Positions 11,670-24,699 of a DNA stretch of 60,253 nt are shown here, piece after piece. Each line of letters opens with the position of its first letter. The stretch's first letter is position 1. Made by a program: the position numbers and the translations under genes. The stretch is taken from assembly GCF_001194135.2 (NCBI RefSeq), contig NC_068981.1, positions 171,145,424-171,205,676 on the forward strand. Reading direction: 5' to 3'. Under the pieces are notes generated by a model. That model was not told where the DNA came from and ran no database searches. It saw only the letters and a list, made by a program, of their open reading frames with translations. The DNA comes from Octopus bimaculoides. Its lineage: Eukaryota.

Positions 11670-12173
11670 GCTCAGATACCTGCAGACTTTCAGAGCCCAA
11701 CATTGCAGACGGGTGATTTAATGTTTTGCAAAACTATCAAGACCGTTGAGAAGACTATTAATAGATTGAAAAACGTTACTAGGGTTAGGCTGTCTAAATT
11801 ACACTCACCAGAAACAAAATGCCTAATAAAAGATATTCCAAAATTCGAATTTAAAAAAGAATACTACAATACTGAAGTACATTTAATATGAGAGAGGGTA
11901 ATATTTGAAACCCTGCCCCCGGAAGTAAAATATGAAGATTTAGAACCTTGTTTTATAGACTAGGTAAGATTAGTGTCGATAAAAATAACCGATAATGAAT
12001 TGATATAGACTGTAGAAACGCGATTGCTTGAGGGTGGGGCTCAAGTAAGGACGTCCATCCTCATTTGTACATATATTCCTTCACATTCATCATTTTATGT
12101 GTTATGTTCCCACATGTACCGTCCTCTCTGTGTTTTAGGCGTTGTGCCCAATAACGAATTAAACTGATCATTT
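11670..12173 (+). mobile_element. Unassigned element 3' end, copy 1 (protein C-terminus plus 3' UTR)
   Basis: Reads ...TVEKTINRLKNVTRVRLSKLHSPETKCLIKDIPKFEFKKEYYNTEVHLI*ERVIFETLPPEVKYEDLEPCFID*. It is homologous in frame to copy 2, and the following non-coding part is also homologous. Confidence 0.5.
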
Positions 12174-12558
12174 GTTGGCACTACGTCGGTTACCACGACG
12201 AGGGTTCCAGTTGATCCGATCAACAGAACAGCCTGCTCGTGAAATTAACGTGCAAGTGGCTGAGAACTCCACAGATACGTGTACACATAACGTAGTTCTC
12301 GGGGAAGATTCAGCGTGACACAGAGTGTGATAAGACTGGCCCTTTGAAATTCAGGTACAACAGAAATAGGAAGAAAGAGTGAGGAGAAAGTTGTGGTGAA
12401 AGAGTACAGCAGGGTTCGCCACCATCCTCTGCCGGAGCCTCGTGAGGCTTTAGGTGTTTTCGCTCAATAAACACTCACAACGCCCGGTCTGGGAATCGAA
12501 ACCGCGATCCTACGACCGCGAGTACGCTACCCTAACCACTGGGCTATTGCGTCTCCAC
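12174..12558 (-). mobile_element. SINE family D (different tRNA-like head, same tail as the 10070 SINE) with 14-bp target site duplication
   Basis: Head on the minus strand: gtggagacgcaatagcccagtggttagggt...gtttcgattcccag. Direct repeat taaactgatcattt at 12160-12173 and 12559-12572. Confidence 0.9.
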
Positions 12559-12584
12559 TAAACTGATCATTTAGTGACTTATAT

Positions 12585-13030
12585 AACTAGTAAACCCATT
12601 GAAAAAACTATTAATAAATTTCAAAACATCACGAGGGTGAAGCTTTCCAAAATGCACCCACCTGAAAGAAAATGCATTATATTAGATAGACCAAGATTCG
12701 AAACATTACAAAAATATTACAAAACCGAGGTATATTTGGTAGGAGAGAGGGTAAGGTTTGAAACCCTGCCCCCGGAAATAAAATATGAGTATTTAGGTAT
12801 TTATTTTATTGACTATTAAGATTTGTTTCGATAACATAAGAAGTAATGAACTGAAATGAACAGTACAAACGCGATTGTTTGAGGGTGGGGATCAGGCAAG
12901 GACGTATTTATTTTCATTCATCGTTTTTATGTTTTATGTCTCCACGTGTACTGTCTTTGTCTGTCCTTGTACCGTCCCCTCTGTATTTCAGGCCTCGTGC
13001 CAAATAAAGAATTCAACTTTAATTATAATT
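12585..13030 (+). mobile_element. Unassigned element 3' end, copy 2
   Basis: PIEKTINKFQNITRVKLSKMHPPERKCIILDRPRFETLQKYYKTEVYLVGERVRFETLPPEIKYEYLGIYFIDY*, followed by about 200 bp containing aaacgcgattg.ttgagggtgggg...aaggacgt and AATAAA. Confidence 0.5.
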
Positions 13031-13549
13031 TTATCATCTGCATGAATAGCATAGTCCGACAAAGCATTCATTTTTTTTTTAATTCTCAAACCTTTCATGT
13101 CTTTAAAAATTTTAACAACTCTTTGAATCTCTTACCTCTGATGAGAGAAGTATAGATAATTGTTATGGTTGGAGTTCGCTCGTCCATACCAACCTATATC
13201 TTCCCCAAACGGCCGTCAGACGTTGCACTTATTCAGGATTCCTCCTAAATCCTTTTATACTAACTTTCTCATCTACCCTCCTCATTGATTCTAATAGGGA
13301 CATTCAACCTCACAAGTACATCTATGTATTTATATTTATGTGTTTATATGTTTATAAATTTTTATATATTTATGAATCTTCGTATATTGATATATTTATA
13401 AATTCTTATGAATTTTTATCATGTCTTATATATGTGAAGGAATCTCTGTATATTGTGGAGAATTTTAACATTTTGAAATGGATTGAATAAATATTACCAC
13501 CGACTCTTCAAATTTGTTTCTCCCCTTAATTTTAGATAGATAGATAAAC

Positions 13550-13590
<41 letters not shown>

Positions 13591-14131
13591 TGTACATGCA
13601 TATATATATGTATATATATTAGTATATACATATGTATGTATATATATAAATATATATACATGTACATATGTATATATATAAATATATATGTATATATATA
13701 TATATATATATATACAGATATATATATATTAAAATGAAATACATACTCGTACACAGATGCACGCATGCATGTATACACATATGCAGACATTGGTGTTAAT
13801 AGCTAATTAAAAGAAATGCTATTGACAAAAGTAGTGTGCATTCAATTGATTTGGCTTCTGCAGATGACTATTCCCTGTAGATTCTCGTTGTCAAATGGAG
13901 AGAAATAACTTGGAATAATGTGGAAAACTACCGCTACGAATACTAGTAAGTACTAAGTAGTCGTTTTCTTCTGAGTTTGATCGGTTCAGAGAGTTCACCA
14001 TAGAAATACATTCTAAGAGTTTATATGTCCTTTTAGTAGAGTACTGAAAAAAGCTTCACATAGATGTGGGTGTTAGTCTGCTTGTGTAAAAATGTTTAAT
14101 AAAGGTTACACACACACACACAAACAAACAC

Positions 14132-14165
<34 letters not shown>

Positions 14166-17100
14166 TTATATATATATGTATATATACACATATATTGTGT
14201 GTGTATGTATGTATGTATGTGTGTGTATGAATGTGCGTATGTATAGGTGTAATTTTTTATATTTATGTAATTTATGTATACACACATGCTTAAGTGTGTG
14301 GTGTATATATATATATATATATGTGTGTGTATATATATGTATGTTTTTATATATATATATTATCGGTAAACATTATCGTAATATATGTATATGTATGTGT
14401 GTGTGTGTGTGTGTGTATTTGTGTGTGTGTGTGTATTTGTGTGTGTGTGTGCGTGTGTGTGTGTGTGTGTGTGTTAATAAATATATTTGGTATACCTGAA
14501 AGATATGTGTAGATTCTCAGCGAGTAAACGTTCCTTCGTGGCAATTTAGATTACCAAATCATGCCTATGTACATGCTTCAACCTTTCGCAAACTGACAAC
14601 TTTCCATTATTTATAGTTTCTAAAATAAATCCATTCTCATGTATGTTATTTTTAAGCAGGTTACCATAAAGATAGTTTTAGATTTGATTGCATGCATTTA
14701 TGTACATATCTGATCACAACACAACAAATATTATTCATGTGGGATAAAAAAAATGAATAAACCCCGGTAAGACATATCAAGAAATATTAGAACACAGTAG
14801 GATTTTAACTTGCATGTTTACACTGCATTCTAACCAAATATTAAATACGTGATACTTTTAAAAACTAATGTCGATTTTGTTTTTAGATTCAATGATGCAG
14901 ACTTCTTGACTGCTATGAAAAATTATCAATAATTGCAATGAAACTAGATATGTTTCTTTTACTATATTGTTCATTAGTTCATCGGTAGTTTTCTATTACA
15001 CCATTGAACCGTTGTTGCAAGTTACTTCAGTAGAATAAACTGTTGAATTGCTTTTCACAAAACTACTCTGAGACATAAAACACAATTTGTCTCTTTTTCA
15101 TTCAACACCTTAGTCATACCTGTTTCAATAATATATCAGTCACGAAATGAAAGTTAATCATATAGCAGAGTCATAGAACTAAAACTTCACTTACGGACTA
15201 CATGATTAACTTCCATATGAATAACAGAACTTCAGTTCGTTAGCCTTTTTGGAAAGTTGTTATATATTTATGGGTTTTTATCTACTGAAGTTTTCCGTTA
15301 TAGATTTTGTCGCGAAATTGAGAAAACGGGAGCTTTGAAGCCTGAAAATATATGTAGTATATCTAGTAAATTTAAATATGGCCTCCTTGTGAAAATATAC
15401 TTTAAACACATCACAGAGTTTCGTATATCTATTAAAGAAAGATCAGATTCGCTAACACATGTTTTGCCTACACAGACCTTTTGATCGTAACCTTCTGTTT
15501 TCTCTCCTAAATTACAAAAAAAAAAAGGAAAAGATGAGAAAATCTAGGATTTTTATTAATAGTAATAGTTTAAATACGTTTATCGTACGATCATTTACTG
15601 TTTAGAAATAATTCGCCTTTTGAGTGTTGAACCAAAGTATTCCAGTTAGACTTCAAATGATGAAGCAGATGTTGGAGTGTTTCTTTACTTTCAGCAATGA
15701 CTTACAATATATCTATACAGCAGCAATTAATAAGTTTAATAAAACATTGCTTGCACCTAAATCTTTAAAGGCCAGTGTAGCCATCATCTAAACTCTTTTA
15801 GATCAGGGACAGTGTAGACAGTAGGCTACTCTTCATTTCCCTGGTTTTACGTAGAATACAAATTCGATCATCCCAGTAATGTGCTACAGCATTTCCGATG
15901 TTGAGATATCTACAAAGGCAATGGCTGTAAAAGTAACTTTAATCATGCATTGTGTATGACACAGTTATAAAATTATCGCCAAATAAAGTCCTTTATAGGA
16001 AAAAAGAAAATAAATAAACACTCTACAAAATATTTCGAATTGTAAAAATATTGCAAGAATATCGCAGTTGTCAGGGTGCAACTTTTACGTTTTACAGGAC
16101 ATTATTTATCTGTAGATGTGAATTTCTTAACTATTTACAGTGTCTAAGAAATGCACCATCAGAATGTGAAAGCATCCACTTGTTTTTCTCTCTTTTTTTT
16201 TGTGTTGGTATTTTTCATTACATTGCCTTTGTTATATGCACGTCAGTGAAGACTTTAAGTCTGTACAACAAACCGCACAAGTGATCATCAAAAAATAAAA
16301 CAGTGATATGTAGTATCATTCACGCAAATTCCATTCAGCACTCTTATTAATATTATACCACTACACGTATTAGTCATCAGCATGATGGGAAATTTATCCA
16401 TATAAAGCATAAGCGCTACAAACGTCACTTGAAACATGCATATTTTAGTTACATATATGTAATAGCACTTAAAGTAGCATTTCATTAAATAACGTATTTG
16501 ATTTGTGGCGTTTAATTGCCAAACTGATGTAGTATAAATTCTAACGGGAAGGTGTTTTTCGAGTATCTGAATGTTATTCCGACTTCTCTTCGTTCTCTCC
16601 TTTCAACTGATTTTTTTAGAATCGTGCATTTAAATGCATAAACATACACCCACGTATTTATTATATCCTATTCCATTTCTGCGTTCCAATTTGTGCATAT
16701 TCAATGTTTGCACTAGATTCGACAATTTTTACAATTCTTGTGTAGGGTTCGGACTACTGGGTGACAGTACTTGTGAGTAGTAGTTCAATCTGCTTAATTT
16801 TAAGCGATTTTCAGAATTTAAACAAAACACTTCTAGTTTTCTCTTATTGATATCACACAATATCTATTAACTGAGCCCACGGCAACATTTCAGGGCCATG
16901 TATAGCTTATCTTTTATCTATCACATGTTTCAGTATTAGACTACGACAATGCTGGGGCACCGACTTGATATCTGTATATGCAATTATAGTTACGTCCAGA
17001 TTAGGAATGGATTCGGTGTATTTAATAGTTTCTTTATACGGAGAGAGTTGAGACATTCGCCTGAAGATTGTATAAGTGACCCTGAATGAAATGCTCTTGT

Positions 17101-17754
17101 ATAAGTGACTTTGAATGAAATGCTCTTGTTTTTATCTCAACTGTGCGGCTTATATTTACCGCCTGCAACGCATAATTTTTCACTAGAATTGGTTTCCAAA
17201 GATACTTTAGTAACAACGAAAGAGATGCAAAGTATGTCGCCTTCCTGCTTTTGTCAATATCGGAAAATAGATGGAAACCAACGATAGTGCATTGTGGAGT
17301 TCTATCTGTAAGCGAAGCCTTCGTCTTACATATAATGCCAACCTTCTGAAACTTGCTGCATAAAATAGTTTTCTTTTTTATCAACGACTGAGACTGTATC
17401 AAGATGTGCACAGTAGCCTCTTGATCAAGATAAACAGGCTTTACAGGTTTTCATTGTAATATGCTTGTTAGATATTTTCGAAAGAGAAATGGTTATTCTT
17501 GTTGCTAAAACAGTTCTGGCGTCCTTGTCCTGAAGCCTTATTCCTCCCACATAAAGATGTTATATGAGAGATATGATTGAATAGATGCCTGTTAGTACTC
17601 TATTTCCTACTTTATGTAAGTACAAACACACATATGCACATACCTATAGAGGGATAGACAGATAGTCTGACAGATAGTCTGACAGACAGACAGACAGATA
17701 GATAGACAGACAGACAGACATACAGATATTCACACACACGTATCTCTCTCTCTT

Positions 17755-17975
17755 TTTACTCTTTTACATGTTTCAGTCATTTGACTGCGGCCATGCTGGA
17801 GCACCGCCTTTAGTCGAGAAAAGCGACCCCAGCATTTATTCTTTGTAAGCCTAGTACTTATTCTATCGGTCTCTTTTGCCGAACCGCTAAGTTACGGGGA
17901 CGTAAACACACCAGCATCGGTTATCAAGCGATGGTGGGAGAACAAACACAGACACACAAACACACACACACACAN
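17755..17975 (-). mobile_element. SINE family B, 3' half (head lost in gap)
   Basis: cttttacatgtttcagtcatttgactgcggccatgctggagcaccgcc...gaaccgctaagttacggggacgtaaacacaccagcatcgg. Same as at 27783, 31275, 46305 and 51883. Confidence 0.85.
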
Positions 17976-18295
17976 NNNNNNNNNNNNNNNNNNNNNNNNN
18001 NNNNNNNNNNNNNNNNNNNNNNNNNNNNNNNNNNNNNNNNNNNNNNNNNNNNNNNNNNNNNNNNNNNNNNNNNNNNNNNNNNNNNNNNNNNNNNNNNNNN
18101 NNNNNNNNNNNNNNNNNNNNNNNNNNNNNNNNNNNNNNNNNNNNNNNNNNNNNNNNNNNNNNNNNNNNNNNNNNNNNNNNNNNNNNNNNNNNNNNNNNNN
18201 NNNNNNNNNNNNNNNNNNNNNNNNNNNNNNNNNNNNNNNNNNNNNNNNNNNNNNNNNNNNNNNNNNNNNNNNNNNNNNNNNNNATATATAGCTAG

Positions 18296-18348
18296 TTAGA
18301 CAGACAGACGGACAGCCGGACGGACGGATAGACAGACAGACAGACAGG

Positions 18349-18425
<77 letters not shown>
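18296..18425. repeat. (GACA/GATA)n tetranucleotide array
   Basis: Directly visible. Confidence 0.95.
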
Positions 18426-18426
<1 letters not shown>

Positions 18427-20129
18427 CTGGATCATATCTTCACATTAACTTCTTGGATTTTAGAGAAACCGATTTTCACCTGACTTCTGAATTGGTTGTC
18501 ATTCTAGTCATACTTCAGAATTATTCAAAATGGTTTATCTTAAAAAAAAAACTTGAATATATACGATATTTGAAAGAACTTCCATTAATTTACCAACACA
18601 TTACTTACTGTCCAGGCAGATATAATTTATTAATTTCTGTCTATTCCTAAATTGAAATTCAACATAGGAGGTCATTTGTTATGTGTGGTGATGTATGTGA
18701 AATATCTAGAAGTTCATCTGACGTATAACATTCAGGTGATATGTTGTTAATTTTATCGGTAGAGAAGATTTGTAAACACCCTGGCAACGTCTAATGGATA
18801 ATGCTATAGATCTATAGCAATCTATTTTATAGCGTGACATGGTTTTCAACAAAGACTGGTTTCCTGTGATTTCCTACGCGAAATCATTCAGTGAAAACAA
18901 TTTCCCGAAGTAAGGTTAGCTATGCTTACCAAATCAACACTTTTGTATCATGATCCATTTCGGTTCAATTTCCTCGTTTCTCCTTGTCTTTCTCTCTATG
19001 TTTTTCTACGTCTCTTCCTCTCTCTCTATCTCTCTTTCTCTCTCTCTATCTATCTATCTCTCTGTCTCTGTCTCTCTTTCTCCATTCTCACTCAGATACA
19101 AAGAAGCGACTGACTTATATATGAAGATACTCTCGTGCATACGTTTCGAAGTTAAGTACATATATGCATGTGTGTCTGTGTGTATATGTGTGAGTAATTC
19201 TGCGCACTCACACACACACACACATTCACGAAGAAACACATTAGCAGAGATACATTAGTTAGAAACTAACATTTCTTAAAGCTATCACATCATTATTTCA
19301 ATACCTTCCTCGTCTTATCTTTAGTACACACTTATTTCAGTCGTGATTAGTATTGCCGTTTGGTTCTCGCAAGAAGCATGAGCATACTGTTTCGATCGTA
19401 TTTATTTCTTTCTCGCATCACATTTTCTGGTCGTTAACGTCACACATGTTTTAAAAACAAGGAAACAGCTTCCCCGTAATGGCTGATGTCGGTTAAAGAT
19501 TTAGTATATATAGTGTGAGATTTGCAATAAATGTGTCTATTGATATCGTTTCCGTAACAAATCTTCTGTTTTTCATCAATTGAGATTTATGAAACTTGTA
19601 TTATTTAATAATATTTTCTTTCTATATAATTTCGCTTTGTGTTGTCTAATATATGTTGTAATGGCTTCTTCTCTTAGGTATATCAACAGATGAAAGTCTT
19701 GTAGTTTTATGCGTAATGTTACTGAATAAGTATTCAGATTCTATTATTGCATATGAATACATACATTACATCAGCCATCTGATCTTCATCTTGATGTCTG
19801 CTGGCTTGAAGAATATAAGATATCTTCACAAAAGAATTTGAAGGATAGATTATGCAAAAAGAAACTTTTCGGTAGGGTTTAATCAAGCGTTTTGCAAGCT
19901 GAAATTCAAAAGAAGTTTTATATTTTACTGGAATGGTTCATATTTGATTACTGAATTAATTATGAGTTGGTATAAAATCGCATTAGGTTATTTCTCACGT
20001 GAAAGCGCTGATGTTTTTGTTGTTTATTTACTTTTGAAAGGTCTTGGAAAAGAGTTATGTTCCCAGCCCTCCGAGACGGGCCACACCGAAGCAGTTAATG
20101 CTCCAATTAAAATGCTGTCACTCAACACA

Positions 20130-20648
20130 TCCAGGTGAACATAAGCAGAGATAGAGTCTCAGATAAGCTCATAAAATAAAAAGATTTGCTAAACGAAATC
20201 GAAAAGATGTGGCATCTCAAAACGGTTGCAATAGCAGTGATTGTAGGAGCACTTGGAACGGAAAATTATTTAAGAATGATCCTTGGCTTACCATCCATGC
20301 AGGAAGTGCAAAAGACTGTCTTAACTGCTACGTCACATGCATTGAGAAGAGTATTGTTGCTGTAAATATTCTTTCCTTTGTCCCCTTTTATTGTATTTGT
20401 TTACCTTTCTATTTTTTAATGTTTCCTTTTTCTCTCTGCCTTCCACCTTTTCTCTATCATATGACTCTGTAAATGAACAATCTGGTGTGCTTAGTTTAAT
20501 GTCCTACCAAAGTATGCAGTACGTTTCGCTGCCCTCGGTGTCAGGCAGACAGCTCGGCAAGAAATGGAAATAGAACTGAAAGATGCTCATGAAAATAATA
20601 ATAATAATAATAATAATAATATTAATAATAATAATAATAATAATAATA

Positions 20649-20683
<35 letters not shown>

Positions 20684-20700
20684 AATGATGATGATGATAA
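20130..20700 (+). mobile_element. R4/Dong-type 3' end (second subfamily) with (AAT)n(GAT)n tail
   Basis: K*KDLLNEIEKMWHLKTVAIAVIVGALGTENYLRMILGLPSMQEVQKTVLTATSHALRRVLLL* at about 20175-20365. A distinct 3' UTR ends at the microsatellite starting near 20593. Confidence 0.8.
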
Positions 20701-21239
20701 CACACACACATAATCATGAACACTAACTCAATTAGAATAAATTTACAAAATAAACTGATGACGTCATTGTAAAGGCGAGAAAACGTAGTATACATAATAT
20801 CATACTTCCTTCCTAGGAGCTGCGGATCTTTAGAAATTTCTGTTAAATATTCCTACTCTTCAAAGTAAACAAATCTCTACAAAAAACAGTAATAAAGAAT
20901 GTAAAATGTCTAATGTTTACTCATGTGCCAGAGGATCTCTTAAATTGAAAAAGTATGCGAAAGTAAATAAGTATTTTGTTTGAATGCGTTCTTGTGGTAT
21001 GGAAAGAAGAATATGTTTTTTTTCTGGGCTACCGCATCTTCCGAAAGAGAGAAACAAACAGTTTTTCTTTTTCTCAAATGAAAGGGAAACAACGAAACAA
21101 GAGATTCCTGTTCTCTACACAGTATGTGAACTTGAATGAACTTGTAAACTTCTGTACATTTTGTGTCGACGCGACTGTACAGTTCTTTGATCAAAAGCAT
21201 TTCACAACTATATGTTCCGATCTATTTTATCATATACTG

Positions 21240-21780
21240 CTCGCTGAACCCTATTACTTGATATGTTGTCAGAGATGTGCACAGAGCAACAAAACTGTAC
21301 TGCACATAATCTTCCACTGCCCAAACATTACTGACTTGCGAAGTTGTGGTCGAATACCTACTGTCACATGTAAGATAGATCCAATTATCCGCGAAATCCA
21401 TTGTAAAGATCATCTAGCCACCTCACTCAGGCAAGGAAGGACAAGCGGTGTTTATCCGATGATGGATTTGGAGGAAGAGGTTGTGTAGAGGGCCAGATTG
21501 AAAGGGTTGAAAAGTAAAGTGTAGGTAGAGAGGGAAGTGCTGCTTTCTTGCAAATTTTTTGAAAGATGAGAATGGTCCCAGTGAACGGGTAAGATTTTGT
21601 ATGTACCTGTAGAAAATACCAAGGAGAGGACACTTCCCTTACTGTTCTAGGTGACCGTGTTTTTGTGGAATTTCCACGAGTAGCCTTCAAAGGTCTTCCA
21701 TCCTTTTGGGGAATTATTTCTTTTTTGAATTTTTTTTGCTTCCTAATTACATTTTCCAACACTCTTCTACATAATCGCCC
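21240..21780 (+). mobile_element. L1/Tx1-like non-LTR 3' fragment with CCHC zinc knuckle
   Basis: CQRCAQSNKTVLHIIFHCP is C-x2-C-x8-H-x4-C. Downstream LKSKV*VEREVLLSCKFFER* resembles Tx1-type ORF2 ends. The clade assignment is from pattern recall. Confidence 0.5.
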
Positions 21781-21832
21781 TCTCTCATCCCCAATGTTTC
21801 TATCAATCCTTTATGGTTAGTAAAGAAATTAT

Positions 21833-21922
<90 letters not shown>

Positions 21923-21948
21923 CATCATCATCATCAGCATCATCATTA
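21833..21948. repeat. (ATC)n(ATT)n(ATC)n compound microsatellite
   Basis: Directly visible. Confidence 0.95.
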
Positions 21949-22066
21949 CATCGAGGTCGACTTTGCCTTTCATGCTTTCGGGGTCGATGAAATAAAGATT
22001 TTCATTAGAATACGAAGAGGGTTTATTTTTGTTTAAACTTGGTTGCTTCATTATTTGAGGTGGATT

Positions 22067-22214
22067 GAAGGAATGAATGGAAAACGTGGCCAACACTATC
22101 AGAAGGAATGAATGGAAAACGTGGCCAACACTATCAGAAGGAATGAATGGAAAACGTGGCCAACACTATCAGAAGGAATGAATGGAAAACGTGGCCAACA
22201 CTATCAGAAGGAAT
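22067..22214 (+). repeat. 35-bp minisatellite, 4 perfect units plus a partial unit, running into an N gap
   Basis: Unit gaaggaatgaatggaaaacgtggccaacactatca at 22067, 22102, 22137 and 22172. Confidence 0.95.
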
Positions 22215-24302
22215 NNNNNNNNNNNNNNNNNNNNNNNNNNNNNNNNNNNNNNNNNNNNNNNNNNNNNNNNNNNNNNNNNNNNNNNNNNNNNNNNNNNNNN
22301 NNNNNNNNNNNNNNNNNNNNNNNNNNNNNNNNNNNNNNNNNNNNNNNNNNNNNNNNNNNNNNNNNNNNNNNNNNNNNNNNNNNNNNNNNNNNNNNNNNNN
22401 NNNNNNNNNNNNNNNNNNNNNNNNNNNNNNNNNNNNNNNNNNNNNNNNNNNNNNNNNNNNNNNNNNNNNNNNNNNNNNNNNNNNNNNNNNNNNNNNNNNN
22501 NNNNNNNNNNNNNNNNNNNNNNNNNNNNNNNNNNNNNNNNNNNNNNNNNNNNNNNNNNNNNNNNNNNNNNNNNNNNNNNNNNNNNNNNNNNNNNNNNNNN
22601 NNNNNNNNNNNNNNNNNNNNNNNNNNNNNNNNNNNNNNNNNNNNNNNNNNNNNNNNNNNNNNNNNNNNNNNNNNNNNNNNNNNNNNNNNNNNNNNNNNNN
22701 NNNNNNNNNNNNNNNNNNNNNNNNNNNNNNNNNNNNNNNNNNNNNNNNNNNNNNNNNNNNNNNNNNNNNNNNNNNNNNNNNNNNNNNNNNNNNNNNNNNN
22801 NNNNNNNNNNNNNNNNNNNNNNNNNNNNNNNNNNNNNNNNNNNNNNNNNNNNNNNNNNNNNNNNNNNNNNNNNNTTCACTGAAGAAACATGTCTCGTCCT
22901 TAAGTAAAGCTGCTCATCAAGCATTGGGATTATAGCTATCAAACGATTTACAAATGAAGAGATGGTCATTAACAGACACGATGGACAGACTTAAGCTATT
23001 TATGTAGAGCGTGATAATGTGCATGTGTTGCTCTGTGTATGCAACCGTTTATACGCGCGTCTGCATTATATAAGCATTTTGTTGATAGATGTTTCTATAA
23101 AAACTTTATTTATCATACTGTCAGAAAGAGCTATTATTATAACTGAGAATGCATATTCCTATTTTATATCGTGAAGTCTTGCTTCACACCTGTGAATAAT
23201 GCATAAGCTATTTCATAAATAACTTTCGAAATAAAATACAAACGAAAATATATTTAGAATTTTTTCTATGTGTGAGTATGTATGTGTGATTGTGCGTACC
23301 ATGCCTTATCGTTGTCTATTTAATATCATTCTTTCGAATCCAAGACATACATTTATAAAAAATATTATATTTACACTTTATCATAATTACAACTCTGAAA
23401 TTACATTTTTTATGGTGAAATATGACTTTATGAGTTCATATTTCATTTTGGAAATAAAATAAAGGGAAAACGGTTTTTATACGTAATATTGTTTTCAATC
23501 TTAATTGGGTTTTGTTTTTGTTTTTTTATAAAATATTTATATTATTTTTCAGTTCTTGTTATTTTACGCTCACTGGCTAATACACGATAATTACACAAAA
23601 TATGCCATTATTCTTGGCACAGACCCGAATAATCAAAAGTTGTAAATATTGAAGCAACTGTAAATTCAATTATTGTTATAATTTTTCGCAATAAAAACAG
23701 ATTCTTTAGCTTGCAATGATCTGAAAATATTCCTCTTTAGTTTAAATTTAATTATTTAAAAAAATGTGCATTTTAAATTACTTTACTGAATCAATATTCT
23801 GTTCTGGATAATAATTCTCAACAGATTCTACATTTTCAACAGTCAAAATAAGGTGTTCTGTTTATTTTTATTCAGTTTCAAAGAACAATCCTCGTGTTCT
23901 AATTTTCAGTCTTCATTAATACAGATCGATGTTGGATATTTTTTTCAAGTTTTCATTATTACGTTCCGTATTAAATAGATTTTTGGCACATTTTATAAAT
24001 GCTATTCATTTGATATGCACTGCATTTAAAATGATTCTCAGAACTGAAATCAAGCTTACATTTCGATAAAATGTTGAGCTTCATTGTTTCTTCATGGAAC
24101 TCTGGAAGTTAATTTTTCCGCTTACGACAAAACAGGAGTAAATAAAAATAATCCATAGGAGGTCTTATTCATTATAATACTTTTAAAATATAAGAAAGGC
24201 AACTCATATGAATATTTTCAGTATAACAATATAGCTAATTAACTAATGACAGTGTTGGTTCCGTTCATCGACTTCAGAAAATTCACCCAATTTTTCATTT
24301 TT

Positions 24303-24600
24303 CATTATTATTGTTTTACTTCTCAGAATGCTCGGTCTTGCTTGCTCTGGTTGATTCTGTGAGAATAGATAGTAGCCTGTTCTCAGGGGTCTCACAGGGT
24401 CTCTTTCTGGGCATTATAAGCTTTGATGACTGGTTGTTAATTATCCTGAAAGACACTTAACATACAGCCATCATTCTCAGAATCCTAACTGTCCCCAGCA
24501 GTGCAGTTTTTTTTCTTCTGATCTCATGTAAATTCCGACTTCTCTGACATATGTCTCGAACGTGGTTGTTTGTGATCCTAGTACACGATCGTAATCTTTT
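24303..24600 (-). mobile_element. R4/Dong-type 3' end (third subfamily) with short (AAT)n tail
   Basis: The minus strand reads GSQTTTFETYVREVGIYMRSE..KTALLGTVRILRMMAVC*, then a UTR ending aacaataataatg. Confidence 0.7.
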
Positions 24601-24699
24601 CATCCTAGGTTTATGGTTTTACTGCTGACTTAGCGTTGTCTAGCAATAGCAACAAAAAAACGAAAAATACTCAACGCACAATTTGAGGATTTTATATTA

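Noticed and set aside
12490-12558. tRNA-like sequences at SINE heads
   Set aside because: The A/B-box-like motifs are attached to SINE bodies and there is no complete cloverleaf, so they are not tRNA genes.
13150-13490. Possible retroelement 3' end with a ggaatctc...gagaatt stem
   Set aside because: It is too degenerate, with no conserved hammerhead boxes or peptide motif that I can defend.
17068-17125. 29-bp tandem duplication
   Set aside because: An ordinary slippage-type duplication with no other signal.
18802-18819. 18-bp perfect palindrome tgctatagatctatagca
   Set aside because: It is isolated, with no associated element or context.
22067-22214. CRISPR-like 35-bp repeat
   Set aside because: The units are contiguous with no spacers and the context is eukaryotic, so this is a minisatellite.
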